A stretch of 64,000 nucleotides of DNA from assembly GCA_001792305.1 (NCBI GenBank), contig MGGH01000023.1, positions 34,347 through 98,346 on the forward strand. Reading direction: 5' to 3'. Below the pieces are notes generated by a model, which saw nothing but the letters and a program-made list of their open reading frames with translations, searched no databases and was not told where the DNA came from. The stretch comes from Candidatus Woesebacteria bacterium RIFCSPHIGHO2_01_FULL_39_23 (lineage in GTDB: Bacteria > Patescibacteriota > Microgenomatia > UBA8517). A program made the translations under genes and the position numbers. Of this stretch, positions 46,763 to 56,739 are shown piece after piece; positions within the stretch are counted from its first letter, which is position 1, and every line of letters begins with the position of its first letter.

Positions 46763-49024
46763 TTGATGAAAGAATTAAAAGAAAGTATTGAAATTGGAGG
46801 GAAAACGCTCACCCTCTCTACAGGAAAATTGGCGGGTCAGTCAAATGGTGCTGTAGTTGTTTCTATTGGTGAGACAGTAGTACTATGCACAGCTGTTTCC
46901 TCGGTTATGGATACTGACCGCGACTATTTTCCCTTGACTGTTGACTACATGGAGAGGCTTTATGCAGGGGGTAGAATTAAGGGAAGCCGTTGGATAAAAA
47001 GGGAAGGCAGGCCCACCGATGAAGAAATATTGACCTCAAGGCTTATTGACCGCTCCATAAGGCCGCTCTTCCCCTACGCTTATAAAAAAGAAGTGCAAGT
47101 GACTGCAACTGTTTTATCAGTCGATTTGGTCAACAGTCCTGACATTGCAGCCTGTATAGGTGCCTCAACGGCTATAGTGATTTCTGATATTCCGTTTAAA
47201 GAGCCAGTTGTGACCGTAAGAGTTGGCAAGGTCAACGACAACCTTACTCTTTTCCCGACGGTTGAAGAAATAAACAAGGGAGAATTGGATGTAACTGTTA
47301 GTGTTACTAAAAATGCTGTTGTGATGATCGAGGCTGGAGCCAAAGAGGTCGACGAAAAGACTATTGCGAAGGCAATCGACTTAGCCGTTAGCGAAGGCGG
47401 AAAAGTTATTGACCTTATCGAAAAGTTTGCCAAAAAAGCAGGGAGTGCCAAACAGAAGTACTCCAACGATAAAGTTGACTTGGAAACTAAAAAAAGAATC
47501 GAGAAAGTGGTTGGCAACAAACTTGCCTCCCTTGTGACCAAAATGGCGACAAAAGAAGGGAGTTTTGCTGATTATGAACAACTAAGAAATGCGGTTGTAG
47601 ACGAGTTTGGAAATGAAGAAAAAAGTAAAGCAATTGAGGGTTTTGAAGATCTTTTTAAAGAAAGGGTTAGGCAAATGATTTTAGCTGGAAAGCGGCCTGA
47701 CGGCCGTAACCACGACCAAATTAGAGATTTAACCAGCGAAGTGTCAATTTTGCCAAGGACTCATGGCTCGGCAGTTTTTGCCAGAGGCCAGACACAAGTC
47801 TTAAGTGTTACTACTCTTGGATCGCATACTTTCGAGCAGTTGCTGGAAAGCGCTGAGGGTGAGGAGTCCAAACGCTACATTCATCATTACTCTATGCCTC
47901 CTTACGCAACGGGAGAAGTGGGAAAGGTTGGTTATCCGAATAGGCGGGAAATTGGCCACGGAGCACTTGCTGAGCGCGCCTTGATACCTGTGATTCCATC
48001 AGAAGAAGACTTTCCCTACACAATTAGAGTGGTTTCGGAAGTAACAAGCTCTAACGGCTCAACTTCAATGGCCTCGGTTAGTGGTAGCACGTTGTCATTG
48101 ATGGATGCGGGAGTTCCAATAACTAACCCCGTATCTGGGATCGCAATGGGGCTTGTTATCGAAAACGACAAAAAATACGCCGTCCTGACTGATATTGTGG
48201 GAATTGAAGATATTAGTGGTGACATGGATTTTAAAGTAGCGGGCACCAAAAACGGAATTACTGCGCTGCAATTGGATGTGAAAACTTTAAAGTTGACATT
48301 ACCGATTCTCGAGGCCGCTTTAAAACAAGCAAGGAAAGCAAGAGAGAAGATTTTGGAAGCGATGCTTGCGACTTTAGCTGAGCCAAGAAAGCAGGTTTCT
48401 AAGTTTGCACCCAAGATAAAAGTCATAAAGATCGATCCTTTCAAAATTGGAGAGCTTATTGGCCCTGGTGGAAAGACTATCAAAGGCATAATCGCGAGAA
48501 CAGGTGCTGATGTGGATGTTGAGGATGACGGCACAGTGCATGTAACTGCAGTTGATGAATCTGCAATGCTTAAAGCAATTGATGAAGTAAATAAGCTTAC
48601 CAAAGAAATTTTGCCAAACGAAATTTATGAAGGCCAGGTCAAAAGAGTGGAAAATTATGGAGCGTTTGTGGAGATTCTGCCGGGAAGAGAAGGATTGGTT
48701 CATGTTTCAGATATGTCGGAAGCTTTTGTTAAGGATCCCTCAACCCTGGTTAAAGTTGGCGACAAAGTAAGCGTGCGAGTCAAAGGGATTGATAATTTAG
48801 GGAGGCTTAATCTTTCAATGGTGATGGATCCCTCGTTTGATAAGCAGAAAGAAGAAAGGGATCACGACAGAAGCCGAGGTAGGAGTGGAATGGACAGGGG
48901 AAGGGGTCGCGAGGAGAGGTTTGGAAGAAGAAGGGATGGTGGTTTCAGGGACCGTACTGGGGGACCACATTTTCCCGCCAGTAACCTACTCGAACCCAAA
49001 GAGCGCAGAAACTTCCGAGAATAA
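46763..49024 (+). CDS. pnp: Polyribonucleotide nucleotidyltransferase (PNPase)
   Basis: Two RNase PH domains, KH (GPGGKTIKGI) and S1 domains, and an Arg/Gly-rich tail. Confidence 0.9.
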   Translation: MMKELKESIEIGGKTLTLSTGKLAGQSNGAVVVSIGETVVLCTAVSSVMDTDRDYFPLTVDYMERLYAGGRIKGSRWIKREGRPTDEEILTSRLIDRSIRPLFPYAYKKEVQVTATVLSVDLVNSPDIAACIGASTAIVISDIPFKEPVVTVRVGKVNDNLTLFPTVEEINKGELDVTVSVTKNAVVMIEAGAKEVDEKTIAKAIDLAVSEGGKVIDLIEKFAKKAGSAKQKYSNDKVDLETKKRIEKVVGNKLASLVTKMATKEGSFADYEQLRNAVVDEFGNEEKSKAIEGFEDLFKERVRQMILAGKRPDGRNHDQIRDLTSEVSILPRTHGSAVFARGQTQVLSVTTLGSHTFEQLLESAEGEESKRYIHHYSMPPYATGEVGKVGYPNRREIGHGALAERALIPVIPSEEDFPYTIRVVSEVTSSNGSTSMASVSGSTLSLMDAGVPITNPVSGIAMGLVIENDKKYAVLTDIVGIEDISGDMDFKVAGTKNGITALQLDVKTLKLTLPILEAALKQARKAREKILEAMLATLAEPRKQVSKFAPKIKVIKIDPFKIGELIGPGGKTIKGIIARTGADVDVEDDGTVHVTAVDESAMLKAIDEVNKLTKEILPNEIYEGQVKRVENYGAFVEILPGREGLVHVSDMSEAFVKDPSTLVKVGDKVSVRVKGIDNLGRLNLSMVMDPSFDKQKEERDHDRSRGRSGMDRGRGREERFGRRRDGGFRDRTGGPHFPASNLLEPKERRNFRE

Positions 49025-49050
49025 ACTTCTTTGTGTTAATATAATTTGAA

Positions 49051-50097
49051 GTGGCATCAAACGTACTTAGTGAACTGAATAAAATTGGTGAAAGTGTAAA
49101 GTCAGCTGATATTCCGCAGGGGCTTCAAGATGACATTTTGACCAGAATCAGCCAGCTTGGCAATCTTGTCGAGTCGTCGACTTTTCTGCCGGAGTTTGAT
49201 CGCTTGAATAGTTATATTGACTGGGTAGTAAATCTTCCCTGGAATAAAAAAAGCGAGGAAGTGCTTGATTTGGTCCGCGCCAGAGAGATTTTGGACAAAA
49301 ACCACTACGGTTTAGACGAAATTAAAGATAGAGTTTTGGAATATATGTCCGTAATGAAGCTAAATCAGGAAAACAAAGAAAATATTGCTCATGCACCCAT
49401 TTTGTGTTTTGTGGGCTTGGTCGGAACTGGTAAAACTACAATAGCCAAATCAATAGCCGAGGCAATGGGTAGGCGCTTTGTGAGAATTCCTTTCGGAGGA
49501 ATGGGGGACCCTCTCGACCTTCGCGGGCAGTCTCGGATGCACCCGGAGGCAGAACCTGGAAAAGTTATAAAAGCAGTAAGGTCTGCTGGGACTAGAAATC
49601 CAGTGATACTTTTAGATGAAATTGACAGAGTTACAGATGAAGGAAGATCGTCGATTATGGGTGTTTTGGTTGAGCTTCTTGATCCCCAGCAGAATTATGC
49701 GTTTGTTGATCATTATATGGATTATCCTTTTGACCTCTCCGATGCTTTGTTTATAGCTACAGCCAACAACACGACAAAAATTTCGACTGCAGTCTTGGAC
49801 AGGCTTGAGCCTCTGATGATGCCGTCCTACACAGATAATGAAAAAATGACAATAGGCCAAAAGTACATTTTTCCAAGGGTAATGAAGGAATCTGGAGTTC
49901 CAGAAAACGCTTTGACAATTGCGGATGATATATGGCCAAATATTGTTCGGCCTCTTGGATTTGATGCGGGGATCCGGACATTACAGCGAACAATTGAAGG
50001 AATTGTCAGGAAAGCCGCAAAAGAAATTGTTGAAGGTAGAAAAGAGAGGATTGAAGTAAAAAAAGATAACGTCAAATATTATCTACCACCGTTGTAA
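49051..50097 (+). CDS. Lon-like AAA+ ATPase module lacking the S16 peptidase domain and most of the Lon N-domain
   Basis: DKNHYGLDEIKDRVLEYM...ILCFVGLVGTGKTTIAKSIAEAMGRRFVRI...VILLDEIDRV...FIATANN...LDRLEP aligns with the Lon AAA+ core. The ORF ends at 348 aa and the next gene begins 8 nt later. Confidence 0.65.
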   Translation: MASNVLSELNKIGESVKSADIPQGLQDDILTRISQLGNLVESSTFLPEFDRLNSYIDWVVNLPWNKKSEEVLDLVRAREILDKNHYGLDEIKDRVLEYMSVMKLNQENKENIAHAPILCFVGLVGTGKTTIAKSIAEAMGRRFVRIPFGGMGDPLDLRGQSRMHPEAEPGKVIKAVRSAGTRNPVILLDEIDRVTDEGRSSIMGVLVELLDPQQNYAFVDHYMDYPFDLSDALFIATANNTTKISTAVLDRLEPLMMPSYTDNEKMTIGQKYIFPRVMKESGVPENALTIADDIWPNIVRPLGFDAGIRTLQRTIEGIVRKAAKEIVEGRKERIEVKKDNVKYYLPPL

Positions 50098-50105
50098 TTT
50101 AACAA

Positions 50106-50618
50106 ATGAAAGTAGCGGTATTGTCAGACATACACGATCATATTTGGAACTTGGAAAAAGCAAAAAAAATTATTAAAAAAGAAGGCTCGGGAGCTGTAAT
50201 TTTCTGTGGTGATATGTGTGCTCCCTTTACGACAAGTTTACTATCCGAAACTGGGCTCCCTACGTATACTGTTTGGGGTAATGTTGACGAAGATCACTGG
50301 GCGATGGTTCAAAAAGGAGGGGAGAACCTTATAGCTGTCCCCCTTACACAAGAGTTTCATGAAGTGGAGCTGAATGAGCGTAAAATTGCATTTTGTCACT
50401 ATCCAATGCTTGGAAAGTTGTTGGCTGAAACTAGGTATTACGATGCAGTTTTCCATGGCCATACGCATATGCAGTATCACAAGATGGTTGGAAATACATT
50501 AGTTGCAAACCCAGGAGCGGTTTGTGGAATTGTCAAAGGCCGCGAGGGTTTGGCTAGTTTCATGATTTATGACACCGATAATAACACTGTTCAATTATTT
50601 AAACTAGGCAATGGGTAA
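50106..50618 (+). CDS. Metallophosphoesterase (YfcE/MPP family)
   Basis: VLSDIHDH...FCGDMC...GHTH. Confidence 0.7.
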   Translation: MKVAVLSDIHDHIWNLEKAKKIIKKEGSGAVIFCGDMCAPFTTSLLSETGLPTYTVWGNVDEDHWAMVQKGGENLIAVPLTQEFHEVELNERKIAFCHYPMLGKLLAETRYYDAVFHGHTHMQYHKMVGNTLVANPGAVCGIVKGREGLASFMIYDTDNNTVQLFKLGNG

Positions 50619-51243
50619 AAAAGAAAAACTTGACGAGATAAGAAAAAGAATGAATGAGGATAAAAGTTTGCCTCTGCGGTCAGGTGCCACCCAGCTTGTT
50701 TTCGGTGACGGAAATCCGGAAACTGACATTTTATGTGTTGGTGAAGGACCGGGTTACTTCGAGGATCAAAAGGGTTTGCCTTTTGTGGGGAATGCAGGGA
50801 AATTATTAGATCAGCTGCTTGAGGGAGCCGGGATGACAAGAAAAAATGATGTTTATATAACAAATGTAGTTCACCACCGGCCACCCGAGAACCGTGACCC
50901 TCACCCACAAGAAATAGCCTCATACGGCGTTTATCTGGATGAAATTATTGAGACAATTGATCCCGAAGTTATAATTACTTTGGGTAGATTTTCAATGAAC
51001 AAGTTCCTGCCGAGTGCAAAAATAAGCAGGATTCACGGCCAGGAGCAGGTTTGTAGTTTCAAAGGAAGAGAGGTAATCGTTGTCCCGATGTACCATCCTG
51101 CAGCAGCTCTTCGAAGCAGTGAAGTAATGCTTCAGGAAAGGGAAGATTTCGCTAATTTGCCAAATATCTTGGCTAAGATCAGAAATAAAAAAGACGCTAG
51201 CGATGAACAAAAGAGTGTCGGTGAGCAAATGCAGCTAGTTTAG
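50611..51243 (+). CDS. Uracil-DNA glycosylase, family 4/5 type
   Basis: GEGPGYFEDQKGLPFVGNAGKLLDQLL. Confidence 0.75.
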   Translation: MGKKEKLDEIRKRMNEDKSLPLRSGATQLVFGDGNPETDILCVGEGPGYFEDQKGLPFVGNAGKLLDQLLEGAGMTRKNDVYITNVVHHRPPENRDPHPQEIASYGVYLDEIIETIDPEVIITLGRFSMNKFLPSAKISRIHGQEQVCSFKGREVIVVPMYHPAAALRSSEVMLQEREDFANLPNILAKIRNKKDASDEQKSVGEQMQLV

Positions 51244-51253
51244 AAATTAATAT

Positions 51254-52903
51254 ATGTTACGTTTTATTGTAATATCTGGGACAACCGGGGTAACTGAGAA
51301 TTGTTTTATTTACGAGTGGAACGGTCAAATGCTGATTGTGGATTGTGGAGTGGGATTTCCCGACCCCGAGATGCTTGGGGTGGATCTTGTGATCCCAGAC
51401 TTTACTTATATAAAGAAAAACAAAGAAAAATTAAAAGGTATCCTTATTTCCCACGCCCATGAAGACCACTTAGGGTCATTACCGTTTCTTTTTAAAGAAG
51501 TGGAAGCTCCTATTTACTCGACAAAATTAGTTGCGGGTTTCATTGAAGACAAGTTTGCTGATTACGGTATGAAAATTCCCAAAATAAACGTATTTAATCC
51601 TGAAAGAGACTCCTTTACTGTTGGGCCTTTTAAAATAAATCCTTTTAGAGTTTCTCACTCTGTTCCTGATGGAGTAGGATATTCAATTGACACACCGGTA
51701 GGCAGAATTTTCCATGTCCCTGACTATAAATTTGACTGGACACCTGTCGATGGTAGACCTTTTGATATTTCAAAAGCAGCAGTACTTGCAAGTGGTGGTG
51801 TTTTAGCCTTAGCCTCGGACTGCTTGGGATCAACGACGGAAGGTTATACAAAGTCGGAGAAAGAAATCGAAACAAAAGTTGAAATTATTGCGAAGTCTGC
51901 CTCAAAAAAAATCCTTTTCACGACAATATCCTCCAACATTTCAAGGATTAAACAAGCCTTTAACGTCGCGGCAAAACTTGGTAGAAAAGTAGTAATTGTT
52001 GGCAGATCCATCGAAAAGAAAGTGGAAATTGCTCGAAGGTTAGGTTATTTGGACTATCCGAAAGACTTGATTATTTCACCAAAAGACGCGAAAAGACTTC
52101 CCGAAAATGGTGTGTTTTATGTGATATCGGGTAGCTATGGACAAATTGGTAGTGCTTTGTATAGGGTCGCGATTTCAGATCATCAATTTATTAGTGTTAA
52201 CGCAAATGATGTAGTAATTTTTTCAGGCGATCCTGCTCCTCCCGGATCGAAAGACAATGTGGATTTTGTGGTAGACAGGTTAATTGAGCTTGGGGTCGAC
52301 GTGCATTATTATGATACCCAGGATGATCTTCATGTCTCCGGTCACGGCTCGCAGGAGGACATAAAAACTCTTTTTGGAATTGTTAGGCCAAAATACTTTA
52401 TACCAATAGGGGGTACAATTAGGCACATGCGAGCCTACAAAAGCATAACTCACGATTTCGGGTCTCCTCGAGATAATGTTTTTGAACTAAAAGACGGCGA
52501 AGTACTTGGGATTGACAGTAAGGGTGCGAGACTTCTACCTGAAAAGGTTCCTTCAAAAAGCGTAATGGTTGACGGGCTTGGGGTTGGAGATGTAGGTAAC
52601 ATAGTGCTCCGGGACAGAAATGTTCTTGCCAATGAAGGAGTTGTAATTGTTGTTATAGGGGTTGCTAAAGACACTAAAAAGTTAAATACGACCCCAGATA
52701 TTATTAGTCGTGGATTTGTTTTCAAAGGCGCAAAAGAGTCGCTACTGCGGGATGCCAGCTTTGGTCTAAAAAAAGAGCTTGAGAGAATGAAAGATTTAGA
52801 CGCAAAACTTGCAAGAAATGTAACAATCGATTTTTTGGAAAAGTTTTTCCACAAAAAAATTGCCCGCCACCCCATGATTTTACCAGTCGTAGTTGAAGTT
52901 TAA
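51254..52903 (+). CDS. rnj: Ribonuclease J (MBL/beta-CASP)
   Basis: ISHAHEDHLGSLPFL, a beta-CASP region and a C-terminal domain. 549 aa. Confidence 0.8.
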   Translation: MLRFIVISGTTGVTENCFIYEWNGQMLIVDCGVGFPDPEMLGVDLVIPDFTYIKKNKEKLKGILISHAHEDHLGSLPFLFKEVEAPIYSTKLVAGFIEDKFADYGMKIPKINVFNPERDSFTVGPFKINPFRVSHSVPDGVGYSIDTPVGRIFHVPDYKFDWTPVDGRPFDISKAAVLASGGVLALASDCLGSTTEGYTKSEKEIETKVEIIAKSASKKILFTTISSNISRIKQAFNVAAKLGRKVVIVGRSIEKKVEIARRLGYLDYPKDLIISPKDAKRLPENGVFYVISGSYGQIGSALYRVAISDHQFISVNANDVVIFSGDPAPPGSKDNVDFVVDRLIELGVDVHYYDTQDDLHVSGHGSQEDIKTLFGIVRPKYFIPIGGTIRHMRAYKSITHDFGSPRDNVFELKDGEVLGIDSKGARLLPEKVPSKSVMVDGLGVGDVGNIVLRDRNVLANEGVVIVVIGVAKDTKKLNTTPDIISRGFVFKGAKESLLRDASFGLKKELERMKDLDAKLARNVTIDFLEKFFHKKIARHPMILPVVVEV

Positions 52904-52940
52904 AGATTTTACCTTCAGAGCAGGTAGGCTATAATAGCCC

Positions 52941-53720
52941 TTGATGAAAGTCAAAAGAGCCACTAAAAAACTGGTAATTGTTGCTGACGATTTTGGGTTG
53001 GCCAAGGAAATTAACGAGGGGATACTTCGGGCATGTCGTGAAGGTTTTGTTACCGAATTTTCGTTGATGCTTAAGTCTCCGTCTACCCAACACGCCGTCG
53101 ATATTATTAAAAAATGTAAGCTAAGAGATGTAGGTATTCATCTTCTTTTAGTGGGTTTTGACGATATCAAAAGGATGTTTAGACGAAGTGATTATGTTGA
53201 ACTTTTTAAAAACAAAAACTATCAAGAAATTCAGAAACTGGCAGAATTGGAGTTACGGCTTTTTGAAAAGCTGATAGGCAAAAAACCAACACATATCATA
53301 CCGCAGTATGGTATCCACGGTAATCTAAAACTACTCGATTTTTTGTTGGGATACGCAAAGAAATACGATATACCCATGCGGCTGCCTCGGACAACTTTGG
53401 GAGAAAAATTTGGAGAAAATTATGCAGCAGAGATAATGCTTAGAAGAAGTGGAGTAAGAACGACAAAATATCTTTTTGGACATGTTTTGGGTAGTAATTT
53501 GTTGAGAATTGAGAGAGAGTTTATTGACGAACTTGCCAGAGTAAAAGGTGGTGAAAGCGCCGAGGTTCTTACTCACCCGGGGTATTTTGATGAAGAAGTG
53601 CTTAAGCTCACCTCTTTGAATTATGAACGTGCTCGCGATTTAGCCATGTGTTTAGATAAAAAATTTGAAGAGAAGATATTAAATTTAGGATATCATTTGG
53701 TTAGTTTCAGCCAAATATGA
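52941..53720 (+). CDS. YdjC/ChbG-family carbohydrate deacetylase-like protein (paralog 1)
   Basis: LVIVADDFGLAKEINEGILRACREGFVTEFSLM. Confidence 0.6.
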   Translation: MMKVKRATKKLVIVADDFGLAKEINEGILRACREGFVTEFSLMLKSPSTQHAVDIIKKCKLRDVGIHLLLVGFDDIKRMFRRSDYVELFKNKNYQEIQKLAELELRLFEKLIGKKPTHIIPQYGIHGNLKLLDFLLGYAKKYDIPMRLPRTTLGEKFGENYAAEIMLRRSGVRTTKYLFGHVLGSNLLRIEREFIDELARVKGGESAEVLTHPGYFDEEVLKLTSLNYERARDLAMCLDKKFEEKILNLGYHLVSFSQI

Positions 53721-54520
53721 AGAAGAAATTAATTATAACGGCACATGACTTTGGATACTTTGATTCAATAAACAGAGGAATAATTTACTCTTTGAAACAT
53801 AAGAATAACATAATAACGGAGTTGTCCTTGCTCGCAAACACGCCTGGAAGTTTGGAAGCTGCCAAGTTCTCTAGAAGTACAAAAATCTCAGTAAGTTTGA
53901 ATACTAACTTTACATCTCAAAAACCCCTGTCAAGGGGTGTCCCTTCTCTGGTTGGTAAAGACGGCAACTTTTTGAAAGTAGACACTAAAACATGGGACTT
54001 TTCGGTAATTGATCGATTTAATGAAAAAGACGTTACTAGGGAGCTAGATGCCCAATGGGATTGGTTTACCGAAAATGTTGGCAGGAAACCAAGCGCTATT
54101 TTATCTAAAAAAAACGAGTACGGAGACCCAAAAATACTTATGCCTGTTGTATCGAAAGCAAAAAAAGAGGGTGTACCTATTCGGGTTCCCGTTTGGATGT
54201 GGAAGGAGAATTACGGAGCCCAGTCTTATGTGGAACAGGAAGGGGTTAAATCTACCCAAAACATTTTTCTAGGACTTAAAGAGTGGAAAGGAAAATTTGG
54301 CTATGATTTGATAGAAGATATTGACCAGTTAATTGCTGACATCAAGACTAAAGAAGGTGTATCTGAATTGCTGGTATTTCCAGGATTTGTAGACAAAGAG
54401 CTGATGGATAAAAGTACTTTGAATTGGCAGAGAGGACAATTTTTGCAAGTATTGGACAACAATGAGGTTATTAGTAAAATCAAAGATAACTTCGAACTAA
54501 TTAGTTTTAGGGATTTGTAA
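53717..54520 (+). CDS. YdjC/ChbG-family protein (paralog 2)
   Basis: LIITAHDFGYFDSINRGIIYSLKHKNNIITELSLL. Overlaps paralog 1 by 4 nt. Confidence 0.55.
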   Translation: MKKKLIITAHDFGYFDSINRGIIYSLKHKNNIITELSLLANTPGSLEAAKFSRSTKISVSLNTNFTSQKPLSRGVPSLVGKDGNFLKVDTKTWDFSVIDRFNEKDVTRELDAQWDWFTENVGRKPSAILSKKNEYGDPKILMPVVSKAKKEGVPIRVPVWMWKENYGAQSYVEQEGVKSTQNIFLGLKEWKGKFGYDLIEDIDQLIADIKTKEGVSELLVFPGFVDKELMDKSTLNWQRGQFLQVLDNNEVISKIKDNFELISFRDL

Positions 54521-54605
54521 TTAAGGTCTGGTGCATACTCCTTCTCCTTTTTGGGTAAACAAGGATATAGCAACTTCCCTGACAAGTTGGGTATAATGGT
54601 GTGGT

Positions 54606-56726
54606 ATGGCTAATTTTAAGAGGAAGAAAAGGGGGCGAGTTCCCAAAAAAAGTTTTAAGATACGGCTTAAAAAAGCTACGGTTTATTCAATTGCCCAAGT
54701 TGTCTTTTTTTCCATAGCGATTCTTTTAATTGTTTCATTTTCTAGACAGGGGTTGATATTGGTCAAGATTAATGATGCCTTGGTCGAACTTTTTTCTTGG
54801 ACTGCAATATTTTTGCCTTTTATCTTTTTGTCCTTTGGCTTCATGATCTCAAAATTTAAAATTCCTTTGTCCCAGCCCAATGTGGTCGTGGGGGGAATTC
54901 TGTTTTTACTCTCCATCGCAAGTGTGGCCAAAGCTGGGTTTGTAGGAAGATATATTTGGGATGGGATAGAGACTTTAGTTACTCCGGGAGGTGCATATGT
55001 CATAATGCTTGGTGCAGCATTCGTTGGAATAGTCGTACTGTTTAACACCTCTGTTGACCGAATTTTATTTTTAGTAACTACGTTTCTGATCCAAGTACGA
55101 AGGTATTTGGTCGGCGAAAAATCGCAACTTCTAAGTATTAGAAAAAACTTTTCCAAAGATAAGTTACTACCCCGCCGCGAAATAAAAGTTACAGGCTCGG
55201 GTGATCAAGCCAACCAACAACTTACAAGGAAGCCAGAACTGGGGAGTAAGGGAGGCACTTTTTCCCAACAGCTGGTGAGTAACATCCCCGGACAAGACAA
55301 ACTTTGGGAGTATCCACCTCTTTCACTTTTATCAGAAGACGGTGTGGGTAAAGCAGATAGAGGAGACATTAAGAGAAATGCCGATGTCATTGAAAAAACT
55401 CTTGAGTCTTTTGGAATAACTGCGAGGGTAGTAGAGGTCAATCTTGGTCCCGCTGTGACGCAGTACGCATTGGAAGTGGCGCTTGGTACGAAACTTTCCA
55501 AAATCACCGCTTTAGAGAGGGATCTTGCGTTAGCACTGGCTGCTCCGACCGGAACAATCAGAATTGAGGCGCCAATTCCTGGAAGGTCTTTAGTTGGGAT
55601 AGAGCTTCCAAACAGGATTCCTGAATTTGTGCCTTTAAAGAAAATGCTTGATTCCGATATTATGAAAAATTCAAAGTCAAAGCTTACTTTGTCGTTGGGG
55701 CTTGATGTTTCGGGTAAACCTCTTGTGGCTGATCTTTCCCGCATGCCTCATGTTTTAATTGCTGGCCAAACTGGTTCCGGCAAAAGTGTTTGCATTAATG
55801 CGTTTTTGACATCAATGCTGTTTCGTGCATCGCCAAGTGAGGTTAAATTTATATTGGTTGATCCTAAACGTGTGGAGTTAACGATCTATAATGGAATTCC
55901 TCACCTTTTATCTCCTGTGATAGTTGATCCTGATAAAGTCGTGTCAGCTCTTCGTTGGATCTTAAGCGAGATGGACAGTCGTTATAAACTGTTTGCTCAG
56001 GCGGGTGCAAGAAATATCGAGAGTTACAATGAAATGAGCGGGTTTCAGGCACTTCCGTATATAGTTCTCATTATTGACGAGCTTGCTGATATTATTCTCT
56101 TTTCACCAACTGAGGTCGAGGATTCGATAACTAGAATTGCCCAAATGAGCAGGGCAACTGGAATACATATGATTCTTGCTACACAGCGCCCCTCAGTTGA
56201 TGTGATAACAGGCCTTATTAAAGCAAACGTCCCTTCGCGTATCGCTTTTGCAGTTTCTTCGTTGGTTGATTCCAGAGTAATTCTTGATACTGGGGGCGCA
56301 GAAAAATTACTTGGAAGAGGGGATATGCTATTTTTGCCTCCCGAGCAAGCTAAACCAGTCCGGATTCAAGGAGCGTTTCTTTCCGACAAAGAAATAAACT
56401 CTCTTATTTCATATTTAAAGGGAAGAGGTGTCAATCCTCAATATACTGAGGAGGTAACCCAGATGCCTAAGTCTTTTATAGCAGGAGGTGCTTTAGGTGA
56501 TACGGATGAGCTTTTTGAGGATTCGGTGCGTTTGGTTTGTCAATTTGGCAAGGCTTCGGCGTCACTACTTCAAAGAAGATTGTCAGTTGGTTATGCCAGG
56601 GCAGCAAGAATTATTGATCAGTTGGAAGCGGCGGGGGTAGTGGGGCCAACGGATGGGACTTCAAAACCCAGGGAACTCTTGATCCGAGATGCAGAGAGCT
56701 TTTTAGCTTCTCGAAAAAGTGAGTAG
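54606..56726 (+). CDS. ftsK: DNA translocase FtsK/SpoIIIE
   Basis: N-terminal TM helices, AGQTGSGKSVCINAFLTSML, and a C-terminal gamma winged-helix domain. Confidence 0.9.
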   Translation: MANFKRKKRGRVPKKSFKIRLKKATVYSIAQVVFFSIAILLIVSFSRQGLILVKINDALVELFSWTAIFLPFIFLSFGFMISKFKIPLSQPNVVVGGILFLLSIASVAKAGFVGRYIWDGIETLVTPGGAYVIMLGAAFVGIVVLFNTSVDRILFLVTTFLIQVRRYLVGEKSQLLSIRKNFSKDKLLPRREIKVTGSGDQANQQLTRKPELGSKGGTFSQQLVSNIPGQDKLWEYPPLSLLSEDGVGKADRGDIKRNADVIEKTLESFGITARVVEVNLGPAVTQYALEVALGTKLSKITALERDLALALAAPTGTIRIEAPIPGRSLVGIELPNRIPEFVPLKKMLDSDIMKNSKSKLTLSLGLDVSGKPLVADLSRMPHVLIAGQTGSGKSVCINAFLTSMLFRASPSEVKFILVDPKRVELTIYNGIPHLLSPVIVDPDKVVSALRWILSEMDSRYKLFAQAGARNIESYNEMSGFQALPYIVLIIDELADIILFSPTEVEDSITRIAQMSRATGIHMILATQRPSVDVITGLIKANVPSRIAFAVSSLVDSRVILDTGGAEKLLGRGDMLFLPPEQAKPVRIQGAFLSDKEINSLISYLKGRGVNPQYTEEVTQMPKSFIAGGALGDTDELFEDSVRLVCQFGKASASLLQRRLSVGYARAARIIDQLEAAGVVGPTDGTSKPRELLIRDAESFLASRKSE

Positions 56727-56739
56727 TCAGAAATAATAT

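Noticed and set aside
47080-48703. Several reverse-strand ORFs of 109-195 aa
   Set aside because: They sit inside pnp, a strongly supported forward-strand gene. These are antisense shadows.
55205-55744. 179-aa reverse-strand ORF
   Set aside because: It is antisense within ftsK.
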